Below, in pieces: positions 15,326 through 18,357 of a stretch of DNA of 18,357 nt. A program made the position numbers and the translations under genes. The notes beneath the pieces were generated by a model, which had not been told where the DNA came from, searched no databases, and saw only the letters and a program-made list of their open reading frames with translations. This DNA comes from an uncultured bacterium (GTDB taxonomy: Bacteria; Armatimonadota; Hebobacteria; CAIYQO01): positions 1 to 18,357 of the forward strand of contig CAIYQO010000315.1 of the NCBI GenBank assembly GCA_903928345.1, read 5' to 3'. The stretch's first letter is position 1. Every line of letters begins with the position of its first letter.

Positions 15326-15417
15326 GGTTACGAATCCCCTTCCCCGATCACCCCACAAGGTATCCGCCCCGCGACGCCGAAATAAAGGGTAGTTTACCCG
15401 TAAAGGAGCCTTCCCTG

Positions 15418-18240
15418 ATGGTGCGTCGCGTGTGTGTGGTCGTCTTGTTGCTGCTCGCCGGTGTGGCGGTATGGGCGCAGGACGCCAAGATGTTCGAGTA
15501 TCCCGAGCAGTTGGCGCCGTTAAAACTGGACACGGCGGGATCGAAAAAGTGGTCGGCCACGGTGACCAAGCTGGCGCCGGACTTCGGCATCGCCTACCCC
15601 GGCGACGTAGTGACGCTGGAAATTTCACTCAAGAACACCGACACCGTGCCGTTGGCGGTGACGCCGACCGTCGACGTGACGCGCATCAACATGCAGTTCG
15701 AGGGGTACGACTTCACCCGCGGCGACCCGATGATCGGCGGCACGAAGATCAGCATCACCCCGGCGACGCCGGGGATGCGCACGCCGTTGGCCGCGGTGAC
15801 GGTGGCCCCGAACGCGACGGTGAAGCTCCTCTGGTCGCTGCCCAAAGCCTCCGACTGCGCGGCCTATGGCGCCTACGCGGTGATCGTGGACCTGGGGGAG
15901 AAGGGGCGGCAGGCGGCGGGCACCTTTGCACGCGTGCACCCGCCCAACCCGGCGGCGGGCGACGGCAAATCCTCCCCGCTGCTCTACTCCATGTTCTGGC
16001 AGTGGCCCATCGACCAGCAGTGCGCGCTGCTCGCCCGCCTCGGGTACAAGTGGGTACGCACCGACGGCAGCCCCAACTGGGCTTCCGCCAGCCAGCAGGA
16101 TGTCTACGCGCCCTTCGACTGGACGCGTGAGGACGCCTGGATCAAACCCTTCCGCGACAACCACCTGTGGATCCTCAGCAACATGTACGGCTCGCCCGGG
16201 CAGACGGTCACGCAGCCCAACCAGAAGGCCTACAACGTGATCCACGAGGAGAAATACGACGAGCGCATGGGCGAATTCGTGGAAGGTGCCGTGAAGCGCT
16301 ACTGCGGCGAAGACGGCAACGGCCCGCTGCAGACCATCGACTACTACAACGAACCGTGGGAAGGCGGCGGCATCAGCGGGTGGAAGAGCGACTCCGTACG
16401 CTACCGCAAGCTGTACGAAACGATCTACGAGCGTGCCCACAAGGCGAGCAAGTTCATCAAGGTGGGCGGCGCCTCGAGCATCATGAACACGGTCGACAAG
16501 TTCTTCATCATCCCCGACTGGCGCAAGCAGTACGGGATGGACGTGCTCACCGACCACTACGTGCAGCCCTACTGCTGCTTCGGCCCGCGCGTAGCCGACA
16601 CGCTGAAACTGCCTTCCATCGAGACGGAAACGTGGATCGGCAACACGCCGGACAGCCTGATCGCCACCGCCACGCACTTCACCGCGGCGGGACAGCAGCA
16701 GGTGAATCCCAACCACCCGTCGCAGCTCATCTGGGGCGGCAACGGCTCCGGGCCGATGTGCACCCCGGCGGTGGTGGCGGCGAACTATTTCCTCTACTTC
16801 ATCGCCGGCAAACATTTCTCGCGCGTGGTCTTCCTCGACCACCTGCCGTGGCTGTATGAGTGGACGGACGGCAAAACGACGAACTACATCCTGGCCGGCG
16901 ACCGCCACCTGCTCAACGACCAGGCGGTGACGATGTACGACCAGATCCGCGCCGACGGCACGCTGGAGCTGGACTCCCTCAAGGGCAAGCTCAAGGCCAC
17001 CGACGCCTTCGGCAACCTCTACCCGCTGAAGAAGGGCAAATACCTGCTGCCCTGCTCCTACACCTCCGTCTACCTGGACGCGCCCGGCCTCGACCCGGCG
17101 AAGGTCATCGACGCGGTAAGCAAGGCGAAAATGACCGGCGTGAAGCCGGTGGAGATCTTCGCCGACGACTTCACCGCGCCGATCAACAAGGCGAAGACGG
17201 TGGACGTCACCCTGCACAACGTGCTCAACCGCGCGGTCAGCGGCACGCTCACCTTCACCCCGCCGGCGAGTATCAAGCTGACGACGGCGATGCTGGCGGT
17301 GACGCTGGCGGCGGGTGAGGAGAAGCGCTTCAGCCTGCCCATCGCCGGCGCGACGGTGAACCCCGCCAACGCGTACGAATTTACCTACGCCTTCAAAGGC
17401 GACGCGGGCAGCGCCACGCTCAAGGAAGTGCTGCACGTCAACACCCTCACCAAGGGCACGCCGACCATTGACGGCGACCTGAGCGACTGGAACGACGCCG
17501 TGCCGGTGATCACCTTCGGGCAGGACCTGAAGCGTGACCTCGCCGAACGCGCCTGGCGCCCGTGGGAACAGGAGAAGGACGTCACCAAGGGCCTCACCGA
17601 GGTGCGCTTGAAGTGGGACGCCACCAACCTGTACATCGCCGTGCGCGACCGCAACAAGGACTGGTCGACCAAACCGCGCCTCTCCACCCGCAAGGACGAC
17701 GACTACTTCGGCACCGGCGACATGGCGCATACCTACGTGAAAGACATGTGGGACGCGCTACCCTTTACCGGCTCCTGCGTGCAGGTCGGCATCGGCCTGG
17801 GGCTGCATAAGGCGGGCTTCGGCCCGGCGACCACCGCCCCCGCGCGCATGCTGGCCGACGACGACACCGACTACGAATACGACTTCTGGGGCGCGCCCGA
17901 CGGCGGGCTGGAGATCTGGCGCAGCAGCAAGCCGGGCACGGAACTCTTCAACTTCCTGCCGCGCTGCATGCCCGTCGGGTACGACGGCGTGCCCAAGGGC
18001 GCCAAAGGCGTGGTGAAGCGCGTCGGCAACGACACGGTCTACGAGGTGGCCATCCCGCTGGCCGACATGCCCGAGCTGCACCCCGCCGCCGGTGGCACCA
18101 TCCACCTCACCTTCGCCCTGCCCGGCTCCGGCGTGCAATTCGGCGCGGGCCGCAGCCGCACCCGCAGCAACGGCCTCACCCTCAAACCCACCTGGCAGCC
18201 CACGCCCTCGAACGACATTGCGTGGGGGTTTGTGGAATAG
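15418..18240 (+). CDS. secreted multidomain glycoside-hydrolase-like protein (signal peptide; Ig/CARDB-like beta-sandwich; GH5-like TIM barrel with NEP motif; second CARDB-like domain; CBM9-like C-terminal domain)
   Basis: The start was chosen at the ATG at 15418 (MVRRVCVVVLLLLAGVAVWAQDA, a signal peptide) with AAAGGAGC 8 nt upstream; the ORF-track start at 15172 lies inside the inverted-repeat element. The hydrolase-like core reads KWVRTDGSPNW...IDYYNEPWEGG, where NEP is the acid/base motif of GH5-type clan GH-A enzymes. The CBM9-like signature is GTPTIDGDLSDWNDAVPV...LYIAVRDRNKDW. Confidence 0.8.
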   Translation: MVRRVCVVVLLLLAGVAVWAQDAKMFEYPEQLAPLKLDTAGSKKWSATVTKLAPDFGIAYPGDVVTLEISLKNTDTVPLAVTPTVDVTRINMQFEGYDFTRGDPMIGGTKISITPATPGMRTPLAAVTVAPNATVKLLWSLPKASDCAAYGAYAVIVDLGEKGRQAAGTFARVHPPNPAAGDGKSSPLLYSMFWQWPIDQQCALLARLGYKWVRTDGSPNWASASQQDVYAPFDWTREDAWIKPFRDNHLWILSNMYGSPGQTVTQPNQKAYNVIHEEKYDERMGEFVEGAVKRYCGEDGNGPLQTIDYYNEPWEGGGISGWKSDSVRYRKLYETIYERAHKASKFIKVGGASSIMNTVDKFFIIPDWRKQYGMDVLTDHYVQPYCCFGPRVADTLKLPSIETETWIGNTPDSLIATATHFTAAGQQQVNPNHPSQLIWGGNGSGPMCTPAVVAANYFLYFIAGKHFSRVVFLDHLPWLYEWTDGKTTNYILAGDRHLLNDQAVTMYDQIRADGTLELDSLKGKLKATDAFGNLYPLKKGKYLLPCSYTSVYLDAPGLDPAKVIDAVSKAKMTGVKPVEIFADDFTAPINKAKTVDVTLHNVLNRAVSGTLTFTPPASIKLTTAMLAVTLAAGEEKRFSLPIAGATVNPANAYEFTYAFKGDAGSATLKEVLHVNTLTKGTPTIDGDLSDWNDAVPVITFGQDLKRDLAERAWRPWEQEKDVTKGLTEVRLKWDATNLYIAVRDRNKDWSTKPRLSTRKDDDYFGTGDMAHTYVKDMWDALPFTGSCVQVGIGLGLHKAGFGPATTAPARMLADDDTDYEYDFWGAPDGGLEIWRSSKPGTELFNFLPRCMPVGYDGVPKGAKGVVKRVGNDTVYEVAIPLADMPELHPAAGGTIHLTFALPGSGVQFGAGRSRTRSNGLTLKPTWQPTPSNDIAWGFVE

Positions 18241-18245
18241 AAAAC

Positions 18246-18267
18246 CTGTAGGGACTGTCCCGTAACG
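18246..18267. repeat. repeat family A copy (CTGTAGGGACTGTCCCGTAACG), 6 nt after the stop of the hydrolase gene
   Basis: Same motif as 1671-1691. Confidence 0.7.
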
Positions 18268-18333
18268 CCTCGGGCGAGGTGTTATGCTAATCGCACTGCA
18301 CCCGTCTGGGACGCGTGCATACCAACCGACATC

Positions 18334-18357
18334 CTGCAGGGGCTGTCCCGTGGCGGA
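18334..18357. repeat. repeat family A copy (CTGCAGGGGCTGTCCCGTGGCGGA), truncated by the window end
   Basis: It matches 1758-1777 (the left arm of the 1757-1812 hairpin). It lies 66 nt after the previous copy, the same spacing as at 1671/1757. Confidence 0.7.

Noticed and set aside
15625-17730. 701-aa minus-strand ORF antisense to the secreted hydrolase gene
   Set aside because: Low-complexity Arg/Val/Gly-rich antisense translation. The plus-strand ORF has a signal peptide, SD and recognisable domains.

Overview
This is a high-GC (about 65-70%) bacterial chromosomal window. A prepilin-leader DUF1559 (H-X9-DG) protein points to a PVC-superphylum or Armatimonadota-like organism. Coordinates for non-CDS elements were read by eye and may be off by 1-2 nt; CDS coordinates follow the ORF track with start codons re-chosen from SD motifs.

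Gene content in order: a small membrane protein (-); a DUF1559 pseudopilin-like protein (+); a 4Fe-4S dicluster protein (-); a truncated division/cell-wall cluster mraZ-rsmH-ftsL-ftsI (+) with unusually long, hairpin-rich intergenic gaps and an 883-aa FtsI; a site-2-protease (M50) plus CBS-pair protein (+); a lone phage-type terminase large subunit split into ATPase and nuclease fragments by a hairpin-bearing insert (+); a 674-aa flotillin/SPFH protein (-); a Cys-rich protein of unknown function (-); a stand-alone CheY-like response regulator (+); and a 940-aa secreted glycoside hydrolase/CBM9-like protein (+).

The most unusual content is non-coding. (i) The roughly 2.3 kb carrying the flotillin gene is bracketed by two ~70-bp direct repeats (about 97% identical); the upstream copy runs over the last codons and stop of the terminase, and the downstream copy begins with a degenerate duplicate of that 3' end. 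(ii) There are three copies of a C-rich/G-rich hairpin family (CCCCTCCCCCGC...GCGGGGGAGGGG), two of them inside the insert that splits the terminase. (iii) A tandem NAGAATG heptamer array occurs with a nearby inverted partner. (iv) A ~155-bp element with 31-bp terminal inverted repeats and a nested perfect 14-bp hairpin sits between the response-regulator and hydrolase genes. (v) A second repeat family built on the palindrome GGGACTGTCCC occurs as paired copies about 87 bp apart, immediately 3' of two unrelated genes. (vi) A near-consensus sigma70 promoter upstream of mraZ is followed by a 20-bp tandem direct repeat that is a candidate operator.

Long antisense ORFs over ftsI, the M50 gene and the hydrolase gene are high-GC artefacts.
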